From: Phoronis australis
Lineage: Eukaryota; Animalia; Phoronida
Assembly: GCA_002633005.1 (NCBI GenBank)
Contig: NMRA01000551.1
Span: 202,809-266,808, forward strand
Direction of reading: 5' to 3'
DNA: 64,000 bases
A program made the translations under genes and the position numbers. Numbering within the stretch: the first letter of the stretch is position 1; every line of letters starts with the position of its first letter. The notes under the pieces were generated by a model. That model had not been told where the DNA came from, searched no databases, and saw nothing but the letters and a program-made list of their open reading frames with translations. Below are positions 48,737 through 61,500 of the stretch, piece after piece.

Positions 48737-49669
48737 ACTGGATCTGAAGTATTAGGTTGTTGATGGCCATATTCAGAGTATCTTTGATTGGTTTGTGCCA
48801 CATATGACTAGTGTAAGCAACAGTCCTGTATCAAACATTCTCCCAAATCTAACATCTCAAACTCAAACTCTAACTTCACTTTGATGATTTCTGTTCTATT
48901 TTTGCATAAACTTGTGATATTTTTATGCGTATGTACATTACAATTTAGGTACATGGTTAATTAACCCAAGTACACACTTTTAGACGGCAATATGAATTAC
49001 TGTTAGAAATTGAAGTTTGAGCTGGACGTGTCAAGTTGAACTTTAGTTTTGTAGCTTGAATTTTGGAGTTATCAGGTGCGAACTTAGTTTATGTGCTTGT
49101 CTACTTAAGTCATATTGGGCTCAAGTGCAAAATCAAATATATTTATCACGAGTCAAACATAGATTGAACGGAAAATATCAAAACTAGAGTTCTGATGTTG
49201 AATTTTGGATGTTCAGTGTGTTGCTAGAGAAGAGCTTCAGATCATCCTTGTTGTTGTATCTCTTTATTGGTCATTAAGTTGGCTAATTTTCTCCATTTAA
49301 CTATTCAAAGATCACAGCTGTGATTTGGTGAGGATCTTGTATAACTACTGATTTACTGCAAGGTGCGCTGTCATTGGTAGGGTGCTGTGAAGTCACAGAC
49401 CACAACAAATGGCTTAAGTCAACATTGCCATATCCTGACTACCAATATAAGTTTGTTATTTAAACTTTAGCTACAGAATTATCTTTGGTCTGTGTGCTAG
49501 TCATGTGTGATGAGAAATCGATGGCTGCTTTGTACTAAAACCCCTAAAAAGGCATTTGCCTACAGAGGATTTTTAAAAATGGAGTCTTTGAAAGTGCTAG
49601 TGGGTATCAAAGATAGGATTACAATCAAAGAGTATTAATAGCTTTATTAGGAGACCACGTCACTGGAAA

Positions 49670-49764
49670 GACTGTAAAACTATGAGACTGTAAAACTATG
49701 AGACTGTATAACTATGAGACTGTAAAACTATGAGACTGTAAAACTATGAGACTGTAAAACTATG
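49670..49764. repeat. Minisatellite, 16 bp x about 6 (gactgtaaaactatga)
   Basis: Direct reading. Confidence 0.95.
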
Positions 49765-52700
49765 CTTGTTGCTGTAGTCTCGCCAGGAATTTTGAGCAGG
49801 CTCCTCGCATTTCAGCTTTGGATAATCTTGTTCAAATTTTAATTTAAAGATATTAGAAACTATTACCGACTACAAAAAGTGAATGCAGTGCTCAAAATAT
49901 CAGGTTATCTATTGCAATTCTTGATTTTGTTACAATTGTTACTTTGATCTTCTATTTTATGTGCATTCGAACTTTGATGGTCTTGTTGAACTTTGAGCCT
50001 TTGTGCTACCATTAAGTCCAAAATAGTACCAACATAATCAGAGAATCAAAATTTTTATCTAGAACTGAATTTAAAACAACTATGAACCCACCTTCAGTTG
50101 TAAAAAAACTGTTTGATTTAGACTGCTGACCATTGGGGAAATTGGTGTGAGAATGTTCCTTAGGGTCTTGGAAAGACCAGACAGCTTGTTATTGCTCAGA
50201 ACAAGACGTTTCAAAATGACTTGTCATGGCGCGTCATTTTATTCACCCAACATGGACTCTGGCTTTTGCATGACTAAAAGTCACTTGTCATCTAATTAAG
50301 GAGTTGAGGCCAGTTTATTGTAGTAAGTTTTCAAAGTCAAAAGTTAGTTTCTTCTTTTGCAATCACTTTTAAGTGTGAGCAGTATGCAACTGGCCACTAT
50401 GCTGCTGAGTGTTTCTGGTGAGACTGTAGTGCTTGTGTAGTTTTATAAGTACCTTATTGTTTGGCCATGGGTGAAGTCTTAAGATTGCTATGAACTCACG
50501 TGCAATCTTTTATTGGGAAAGTCCATAATCCATGAACATTGTTCAACGTTGGTGCTAAGTTGGATAAGGGGTGCAACTGGGGTTTCCTAAAGACTGGATA
50601 TTTTTAGTTATTGCCAAAACAATGTAGCTCTTGAGGAGGACAAATGCCATGATCTTACATACTTGCTTTATGGTTACCTAACTTGTTGTCTACACACCAA
50701 GTGGTTGTTAAGTTAAAAAATTGCAATTATGTGAAGTAAGCTGTATGCTGTGCCTTCTAGAAGATATGAAGGTTGAAAAGGTGCTTTCAACAGTCCGGTG
50801 TAAAATTCTTTTAATGTGCCTGTATGTTTTAGAAGTAATTTTTAAAAGAAAATGTGGCATCATTTTTCACTACTTAGGTTTGGCACATATTGTCGTCGTT
50901 TTTTAATCAAACAGTTTGATGGGAGTGAGTTGCCAATATCAGGACTAGTTTGCAGTGTGGTGTTGGGGTACCATTATTGGACAGACTATTTCCTTTTGCT
51001 ATTAAAAGTGAACCAAAATGTCTAATTATGTGACCTGCTGCATTCTTGCATTTATTTGTACAGTTGGTAATTGTACCTGCATTTTGTCCTGTTTGGCTTC
51101 CTAAAAATGAAAATCAAATTGCGGGTAGTTCTTTTCATCTCGTAAAATGGGTCACGTGATGCTGTGTTCCTCACCACAACGAGGAAATTTAAACCATAAG
51201 TGAACCAAGCAAGTGCTTTAATGTATTGAGGTTGGCCATCCTTTAAATTGTGCTTTTGAAAATATTGCATGTACGGATTGTTTGTTACTTTTGTGGCCTG
51301 CTCGGTCAACAATTTAAGATTGGACGAGCTTGTTAATATTTACAGAGCTCAAAGCTATTCGGATAAAAATTTAAAATATTGCTTTTTAGCCAGCTAAATG
51401 AGGCGTAATGCAGCTTAAACTTTGACAATGTTTGTCACATGTTATGGCACAATTTTTAAAGGAACATTCTTGGTGAAGAAAGTAATTTTACATGATTTAA
51501 GAGTAGCACAGAATCGAGCCCACTAGTTCCTCGGTAACTGAACAGTTTGCTGCTGAGCCAAATTGCACGTGTTAAGTAGCCGTGTATTTTTGAGCATGTT
51601 TAACTTGTAAAAACAGCGGCCTTAATTTCCGCAAATGTTTGACGGAAAATCGCAAGAATTGGCAATTTGTAATAAAATCACGAAAAACAACGGATTCTGG
51701 TCAAATTTAATAAGTCTGTCCCATCTAACAATACTCTCAAAAATGTGTTTTTCCACCATAAAACCGATGATGTCTCTTTTATACTGTCACCCAAGCAGTT
51801 GTTGACCCCATGAGTTGACACAAAGTAATCATGGTGATGTAGTTCTAATTTGTATTAAACATTTTATATTGAAACAGTCTCGTACTTGATACATTTGAGC
51901 CAAACTATGTGTAATATTCAACAGGTGGTGCAAACTTGTTTCTGCAGGTCTTGGAAGAAAGGTGTGTAAAACTGTGGTAATGTTTTGACAAGTTGTAATG
52001 ATTAGTTTGTTACCTGCAACTTTGATGTCACGACTCTTATAGCAGACCAATTACTGATATAAATTTGGTCCCAACTTGTTCCTTACTCAGATGGGTCTTA
52101 ATTTTTGTACTCTAAATGGAACTCGTTAATGTTTTGGACATTTTCTATTCTACTTTTGTGCGAACTCGAGCTAAGGGGCTATTAGTCTGTGCTTGAGCAC
52201 ATTATGGTCTATGTACACAAGTTGCTGGTCCAAGTTTGCACTTGATAGACCATTTATTCGTGCTACAAACTATTAGAAACTCATAAGTTTGAGTCCAGAC
52301 TCGAACTTTTAGCTTTAATACTGAGGTCGTCAAGTGCAAACTAGGTTTGGAAAGTTATTGGTGTAAGATGTACTCAAATATAGAATAAGGTACTTGAGTT
52401 CACAAAAGCGTATAGTAGAAAATGCTAAAATAATTTAGAGTTGGGTTTCGAGTGAAAAGATTAGACCCAGAACCTTGGGTTTGCAAAGAACTGATAGTTT
52501 GGTATTACTGGGGACCATGCTTGGCACATAAAATAACAGACCATGATAACTAATTGCAGAGCATAGTCTCAAGAACTAATGAAATTTCAGTTCTTTCAAT
52601 GCCCTAAAATTACTTCAAGTTGAGGAACAATTTGAGACCAATTTCATTAATGGTTTATCATATAAATCAATTTTTTGCTATGGAAGGCAGATTTATATGA

Positions 52701-54191
52701 ACTTGAGAGTATTAGAGCTGTGGAATTTGTACCATTACATACAAGTGGATTGGTCAGAATTATCTCTGCAGTCTATTGCTTAAAAAGTAAAGTTGTAGCG
52801 GGATAAATGCGCACACCAAGGCTGCAAAGAAATCTGGCAGACATTTGTAGAGACGTACAGAAAAGCATTGCTTCCTTAATGTCATTATTTAGAGTGTTTG
52901 GGTACAGAAACACGAGTTTCTGGTGTCTGGACCTGTGAACTTTGTTGTGGGTATTGTAAGGAACCCTGTGCTGTTTGTATATAGTGGTACTGTTGATCAT
53001 GTGTACATTTGAAGGTTGACATATTTATTTTTAATGCTCTACGTGCTGTGTAGATGTCTATTTTCACTATTTGTTAGCTAGTCGTCTTAATTCTAGTAAG
53101 GTTTTTATTTATATTTAATTTAATTGCAGATTCAATCTGTATAATACATTGTTCAGAAACGGATCTCGTTATTCATTTTGTATTGCATCATTGCCCAGTA
53201 CGATACTGTTATTTTGAAGACAACAGATGGCACTTATTTTAATCATTTTGGCAGAAGATGGAATAGAACAGCGGTTACTTGGAAGTAAAATTGAAGATAA
53301 GAGATTTGGTTTGTACTTCAAGAAGTGAAGTTTTACCTCTAGCCAAAACGGATCAGTTCGACAAACCACCGGGGTGTTCTTATTAACAAAATCCTGTTCT
53401 GTAAATGCAATTCATTGCTTGTGAACTGTGGTTCTTTTCTCATCAATTGTAATCCAGCTCTCGCAAGATCAGTTTTCTCATGCGCCTAGACGTGCATTTG
53501 CACACAGAGAAACCCAATATAATAAACATGTTTTATGTTCATCACACCTCAAATTTAAGTATTTCACACAGGACTCATTTACTGTTTGTGATTTGGCAGT
53601 ACTAAATGCCCCACCCTTTAACTGTACATGAAGTTGACCTGTGAAATTAATAATTGATGAACAGAAACCACACGGTAGGAAACTAAATGATTCTACAGCA
53701 TGTCAGACTGCACAGTCTGAGTAAAGTATACTGTTAAAACACAGATGCCTATCCTGTCCCTTAACACTGTTCATGACTTGTAATACCGACTTCATTGCTC
53801 AAAATATACACTGCCTTAAGCTTTTACCCCTTAGTATAGTTAGTGGTCACGTAACTAAGGCACATCATGGCAACAAAAATTCCAGTCTAACAGAGTTTAC
53901 CTGCATAAGGAAGATGTCCCGACATATCGCCACATTCAGGAAGGGAACCAGCCAGACTGCATTGTACTGGTTCAATGTCATGTAATGACCGCGTAAGCGG
54001 CGTTATTTACAATTTATTTCCACCATTAGAACTCCATTGCACTGTGTACAGATGACAAGAATTAACCAGTTGTACCGTACAAAATTTTAAGACATTCCAA
54101 AATTAGTTTCAAACCTAAAACAACCATATGTTAGAGGTTAAACAGACTTGGAGGTATTGTGCAAATCTCCAAGTGACCCCTAGGTAATAGA

Positions 54192-54733
54192 TTGCATTGT
54201 CACATGGTATAGTCAGTATCACAACATAACACTTGCCAAGATAGGTTGCATTGTAACATGGTATAGTCAGTATCACAACATAACACTTGCCAAGATAAGT
54301 TGCATTGTAACATGGTATAGTCAGTATCACAACATAACACTTGCCAAGATAAGTTGCATTGTAACATGGTATAGTCAGTATCACAACATAACACTTGCCA
54401 AGATAAGTTGCATTGTAACATGGTATAGTCAGTATCACAACATAACACTTGCCAAGATAAGTTGCATTGTAACATGGTATAGTCAGTATCACAACATAAC
54501 ACTTGCCAAGATAAGTTGCATTGTAACATGGTATAGTCAGTATCACAACATAACACTTGCCAAGATAAGTTGCATTGTAACATGGTATAGTCAGTATCAC
54601 AACATAACACTTGCCAAGATAAGTTGCATTGTAACATGGTATAGTCAGTATCACAACATAACACTTGCCAAGATAAGTTGCATTGTAACATGGTATAGTC
54701 AGTATCACAACATAACACTTGCCAAGATAAGTT
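54192..54733. repeat. Minisatellite, 54 bp x 10
   Basis: Unit ttgcattgtaacatggtatagtcagtatcacaacataacacttgccaagataag, near-perfect copies with no spacers. Confidence 0.98.
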
Positions 54734-55494
54734 TCATCAAAAACTGTGTTCAGTGGACTGACCACTAATCAGGAGGGTGTGAGACTGTTCTGAACTCACC
54801 GTAGAACAGAAAATTAAGCAAAATCAGGTCCACTAGATAAAACTTGTAGTAAGCAAATATTTTGTGGAATGTGGTGGTGATGAGGCAGTGTCTGGTGGAT
54901 GACAAGGAGCCCTGTCCCTCAGTCATACTTAAGACATCCACGAGTCACACATTTGACAAAATATTTGTGAACTTTACTGCAGGAGTACACTGTATGTTAC
55001 AAATTAAATGTCACAGGAAAGTAAACCATTAACACAATTCAGTCTAACAGTAGTATAGGATATAAATATGTTTTAGAAAGAGTCAATGTCATACAAGAGG
55101 CAGCATAAGGATAACCACAGGGTGAAAAGCTCTGAATAACTTTCCATGTTATTTCAGCCAATTTTCATAAAAATCCGACTACACTAACAAACGTAACAAG
55201 ATAAAATGATACAGCAACTCAAAATGAAGACCAACATAAGAATTGAAGACTTTAATAGCAAAAACAAGTCAACCTTTAGCTATATGAACACCCCACATGT
55301 CCTAGATGTGTCAACAATTGGTCAGAAGGCAATCACAGGTCTGTGAGAACAGAGGTTTTGGCATAACTGACCAGCAAAATGGAGCTAAACAATTAGTTTT
55401 CCTTAACACTCTCTAAAATCTTTAACGGATCATCACCAGATTTTACGTTATCTTTTCAAGTAATCTCTAAACAATCATCCACTGTGTGTCGACG

Positions 55495-55538
55495 TCATAC
55501 GTATCGAATCTCTGCATCCGTCTCTGCGAAATATTTTC
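55495..55538 (-). CDS. FCHO2: FCHo last coding exon ([14 protein letters not shown])
   Basis: ttttcatag acceptor; completes the conserved GKY terminus; TGA at 55497-55495. Confidence 0.85.
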
Positions 55539-58500
55539 CTATGAAAAGACAAAATAAACATTTTCCACTTCTGTCATACAGTGCAGGTCTGACAGAACAT
55601 GTTCACACAAACATTTTAACTCAGAACTCAACAAAATCTTTGCACACAGGAGCACCAGGTAGTAACAAAATATATGCGTTTTCTATTCCAGCAAGTGAAG
55701 TGATTACTTGAGGGCTGTTCCAGCAAAATCTGTGTGGGAGGGGGGGAAGGCAACTGAAATAAAAATTTATGGGTGGTTGCGTTTGATTTAAATTCAAAAT
55801 GGCTGGTGGTCGTACTTCAAAAAAATAAAAATTTACAGGTCGTTGTTGTTTCATTGGGCCATAAATGTTTGATGGTGGGTAATTTTAGTAAATTTTATAA
55901 ACAATCAGCACAGAATCAAAAACTGAAACAAAAATGCAACTTGCAAAGAGCTCCGACTTTTTCACTCCCTCTGATCTCCTCATCGGCATGCCCATAACAC
56001 CATTTAACCACAGGTGCTCGAATTTCTCGATGGCTAATAACCATATATAAGAAACATATGTTTTCTTAGTAATGAATGACGTTAGTGGTGATGGAGGAAC
56101 AGATAAACTTAAGCGCCTGTGCAGTCAACCACAAGACCAAAAAAAAATACGGGTGGTTGTATTTCAAACTTATAAAAAATTACAGGTGGTAGGCTGAAGA
56201 AATAAATGAAAAATATGGGTGGTGGGTGCGAAAAAAAGGTGCCTTCCCTCCCCTCCCATACAGATTTTACATTTTCAAAATCATTCAAAAATCATTTGCA
56301 CAAATGCTCAGCATAGTGTTGTCCCAAATTCAACTCTTCCCTTCTCGGAGGTAGATAAAAAATTATGAAATGGCCTTAGTAACTGAAGGTTAGATGGTTA
56401 GCACACTCAGAGAAGGAAAGAGTGATATCTGGCACCACATTCAGCTTGTCAATTTTACATGACTACACCGCAACTCGCAATAAGTAGCAGTGAATTTTTA
56501 CTGGCATAAGAATGACTACTGAATAACAAGTTTTAATGAAAAATAGTAAGACCACAGCAACTACTTGGTATTTTCATGAAAAATAGTAAGACCACAGCAA
56601 CTACTTGGTATTTTAATGAAAAATAGTAAGACCACAGCAACTACTTGGTATTTTCATGAAAAATAGTAAGACCACAGCAACTACTTGGTATTTTAATGAA
56701 AAATAGTAAGACCACAGCAACTACTTGGTATTTTAATGAAAAATAGTAAGACCACAGCAACTACTTGGTATTTTAATGAAAAATAGTAAGACCACAGCAA
56801 CTACTAGGTATTTTAATGAAAAATAGTAAGACCACAGCAACTACTTGGTATTTTAATGAAAAATAGTAAGACCACAGCAACTACTTGGTATTTTCATGTT
56901 GGATGATATTAACCCCACAGCTGTCACTCATCAATCTTTGGTAAAATTTTGAACATGTGTAGCAACACAGTAACTCTTTGAGACATAGAAAACACCAATT
57001 CCAGAAAACTTGTATAATGTTTACCTTACTAGAGGTAAATGAAACACCCTACCTGTGGCAAATCGCTTCTTGCCCAGGGACAACCTGTATCCTGGACCGG
57101 CCAGTTCAAAGTCTACCCCTGACAAGGTGGTGCCCTCACATGTGAACTGCACCGCCACCGTGCTTGGCGCTGTCTGCTCAGACACTGTGAACTTGGCACG
57201 CAAACAGTTGACACCGCTGTCCTCGTTAGACGGGGAAATGTCCGGCAGTTTCCACACTGCTCGCTTGCTTTCTGCAGACCTGTCATAATGGTGAACCGTA
57301 AATAGTGAATGGTAAATAGTGAATGGTAAATAGTGAATAGTAAATGCGAATGTGACTAACTTGATTTTAATACACTAAGTGAACCAAGTTGGTATGCTAA
57401 ATATGAAGAAAAATGCCAGCTTTCAGAAGTTTTCCTTGATTCTTTTTTCAGATGTCAAAATTTATGCTTACCATTGTCAACCTAGAAGCAAAGTTCAATT
57501 GATCTAGCATCCAACATTTTCTATTCTATAACAGATTCTCAAGCACTGTGAATACAACAAGCCACAAAAAACATGGCAAGACACTATGCCTGAGTCTTTT
57601 TTGACCTTTGACCTGAGATGGACGTCACCTATGGCAGGGTTACACCTGTCTCTCAAACTTCCTACTTCCAATTCCAAGTTGCACCCAACCAGCTCCATTT
57701 GATTCATCTTAACATCTAAGCTCGAGGTTTCATATTTTGCTCAAATGGACAATAAATGTTACAAAATAGACAATGAAAAAGAAACTACGAGATGCCCAGC
57801 CCTACATGCAGAAACCTATTTACACATACAGTGGACAAGCAGTTATCATCCCCTTTACTTTCAATAATCAAATCTTTAAGTTTGAAATCATACTTTCAAC
57901 CTGCTGAAGCAAATAAGAAAAACTAAAACTGGGTGAAAATGATAGCCGTGACAAAGAGTCTTCGAGGTTGAAGGGACAGACCTACTGCTTTAAAGACCAC
58001 TCACCAGGTGGCTTCAGGTAGAGACTGCACGTCTATCACTTGACCGTTGAAGGGGACAAGGAAGGTGACGTTATTAAGAGGCAAGGACTTGTGCATGGCG
58101 CCTGAATTATAGGAGTAGTCTAAGCGGAAGTCTGTGGTACTTGGTTCACACTTCCAGTAGGTCACTAACTTGAGAGGTGTGTTGGCTGCGCCGGAGGACA
58201 CTTTCACCTGAGCAACAATGGGACAAATTAACACGCAAAACTGTTGGTAGCCACCATGATGACACTTTGATGGAGAGAAAATGGGGATAAATGAATACGT
58301 AAACAGTGAATCATTCACAAGCCTTCAGGCTCGTTGGGTTTCTGTAGCGCGAGCAGATGAATGTCCCCTAGCTGCCTGTGGATGCGACACTAGTTAAGTG
58401 TTGGTTACTTGCCTGCTGATACTGTCACTTGTACACGCTGCACTATTGTCTTACTTACATACCCAGCAATAAGACAACAGCCTACAGTCCAACTAGCAAC

Positions 58501-61500
58501 CTTTCAGTTGAGGGACTACAACCCTCAGTCACTGACCCTAATGGGCACTGCTGAATAAATAGGTAGTAACCCAGCATGCTTCATCAGGTTTAGCTTAGGT
58601 ACAGGTGTAATAGCAATAAGTTATGACAACTCTGATAAACTTCAGGGCAACAAAGCATGTTTCTTTGCCAAAGGTTTTGGATCATGCTTGGCGTCAAGAG
58701 ACATTCCGACTCCTGTAATGCTAAGACACTAGTCACTTGAGCAATTGCATACCAAATATCTCAGTCAAATTCATCACACATGCTACATAGAAATCTGAAA
58801 AATAAAACACATAATTTGGAGCAAGAACTGTTTAAAGTTGCTACACGATTTTGAAATTTCGAGCAGTGTCTTTTCATTTCATAGTCAGAGATATCCAGAA
58901 ATTTGAAGCACATTACAAATGTCTACCAGTCAGGGAGATATTCCATCTTTGAATCACAAACACAATGCTGCATAGAATACAGATAAAATAAAATTTTGAT
59001 CAAATTTGCAGTTTTGACAGAAGACCTACTTAATAACTTGCTATTAACAAAGTCATTCACAGCTGTGATTGGATGATTGTCAAAGCACTTCTGCACCACG
59101 GCAACGATGAGGAATTTCCAAGGAGGCAAATTCACAGATAAAGTTCACAACTTTGGCAAAACCATTCACTAGGAAATGGCAAATTGACTGATCTATTAAG
59201 GGCTATCATACCTGGAACACAAGATTCTAAATTCTACAAAATTATGAAGTTCTGACAATTTTACTTCTGTATGTCAGCACAACCTCTAAAAGGTTCATGT
59301 CAGCAGAGATGTTTACAGAGGACATTGACCATGTCAACCAACAAATGTATCAGAAACAAAGGTGACAACATTCAACTCCCAACCTAAATAACAGTCAACT
59401 CTGCCAAGGACTGGACCCTTGTGCAGGGAAAGTTTGGAGGGAAATCAAGCAATTGGGATTAGAATAACTTTCATTATATTGTAATGTACTAAAATAGTTG
59501 CATATGTCTCTCACCAGACTGGTGATATTTTCCTGTACTTGTATCCCAAGGGCAAACTTATTTATGTAAATACACCTTAGGTACTTATATGCCATAAAGG
59601 ATTCTTGCGATGAAACAAAGGGCGCGTCCTAATGCAGTGTCCTCCACAACAGAAAATTTAAACTCAACCGGGATAACCAAATCTGTATATACAACTAGAA
59701 AGTCCATATGTATGAAACTGTGCTCGAACTAGCCACTTTGTTCACCTATCTCGTCATGACAAAGAGAAAAAAGAAGTCATAGAGAAGTCATTGCTGTGCT
59801 ACCAACTGGAAATAAGTACTTGCATATATATCCAGGTGGCAGCACAGGTTAGTTAGTCCATGGTTAACAATACATTACATTACATCTTGTAGTCAGTTTA
59901 GCTTAGGTACAGGTGTAATAGCTGAGTTATGACAACTCTGATAATTATATGTAGTCAGTGCATCTTGCTCATTACGACTGAGAAAAAAAAAATTACGAAT
60001 GATTCTTGTTTGTGGCCACAATATCATCTATTATAAGCAAAGATGCCAATTCATACTTACTGTGTATTTTAGTATGTCAATGTTGAAATATGATGCAGAC
60101 GCATTCCTTTCTTGTTGAGTCCGTAGGTGTTCAGTTAATGCTGTCATATTGAACGAATAATTACTAGATTTGTTCACAGCTTGATTACTATCCCTGAAAA
60201 TAAAACAATTTCTAACAATGTTTTTTGAGAACAGTGCATAAACCATAATATCCGAGAGTTTCACATGAATCCAGACAGCCGTTTCTGAGATGTGGTGTTC
60301 CGAAATTTGCCAAACTTGGCCATTTTTATAGGGTCCCACATAAACTTAACTCATAATAAGCGCAGTTAGCTGAGAAAGCTAAAGTCCTTACTCAGTGTGT
60401 TAACAGCTGAACTCCTTCTCTCTGATGTTAAGCTGATTTCTCACTGCTCAATAATCCAAGCTGAGTTCTGAATTCAGCTCACTACGGCTCACACATTGCA
60501 TACTAAGATGTGAACAATAGTCGATGCTTTTCTATATATGCCTGCATTTAGGCCTAAGCACCATACTCACATGAACTGAGACTAATACTCAATGCATTAA
60601 GAGGCGAGTTTAGTACTCACTGTGTTACGAGCTGCTTGTTTAACTGAACGCTATCCAGCTGGTGTGAGTTAGTGATGCGGAAAGTGAGTGCAGGTGGGAC
60701 TCTGTTCTCTGTCAGTACTCGCACTATACCAGCGGGGAATGAGATCATGAGGTTACCCGTGACCACAGCTCGACACCTACAATACAGCCAACATCACGAT
60801 TATCAGATATTCCACAACATTTTACGTTAAAACTTGAGGTCTACGAAAAGCAGAATGCGCAACGCTCAGCTGTTCCAATTCACAATACAACACCTTGTGG
60901 TGATACAAACTATCACAATCTGGCTTGTAACAACCCTTGATATTGGTAGTCTAACATGTCCAACTCTTGACTTTATTGCTCCTTAACAGAAATGCTTAAA
61001 TTTGTATTCAGAACAGTGATTCTAAAAAAATCTGTTTCTGTGCCAGATTAACGCTGTAGGTATTTAAAAGGAATACCACTCTGTGAAACATCACACAGCT
61101 TGCGAGAGCACTAAGGGTCAACTTCCCTAAAGAAACTGTCCAAATATGAGGGGTAAAATGTGCCAACACGTGCCAGTGTTCTACACACACAAAAAAGCAG
61201 TTTTCGGAGGAGCGGATAACAATCACTACTTAACAGACTACAGACGAGTGATGACCTTCATTACCACTTACACTGGATAAAGTGCTTGATGTGAAATAAT
61301 CTTCCAGAAAAACGTTCATATTAAGTTTTCAGAATTGAGCTTGGTCAGAAATTTAGTTTTAGGCTCCTGCTTTGCTACCACTGACATTTAGCAACGTAAA
61401 TTGTTAGCATATGTCAGCATAGAGACTGACACTGTTTTTAGTTGTATTGTTTTGTTTTGTGGTTCTGTTTGATTGACATGACCCCTGAGTTAAGTACAGT

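Noticed and set aside
54115-54765. Cys-rich repeat ORFs (216 aa and 172 aa); CRISPR-like appearance
   Set aside because: Translations of the 54-bp minisatellite; units are contiguous with no unique spacers and no cas genes.
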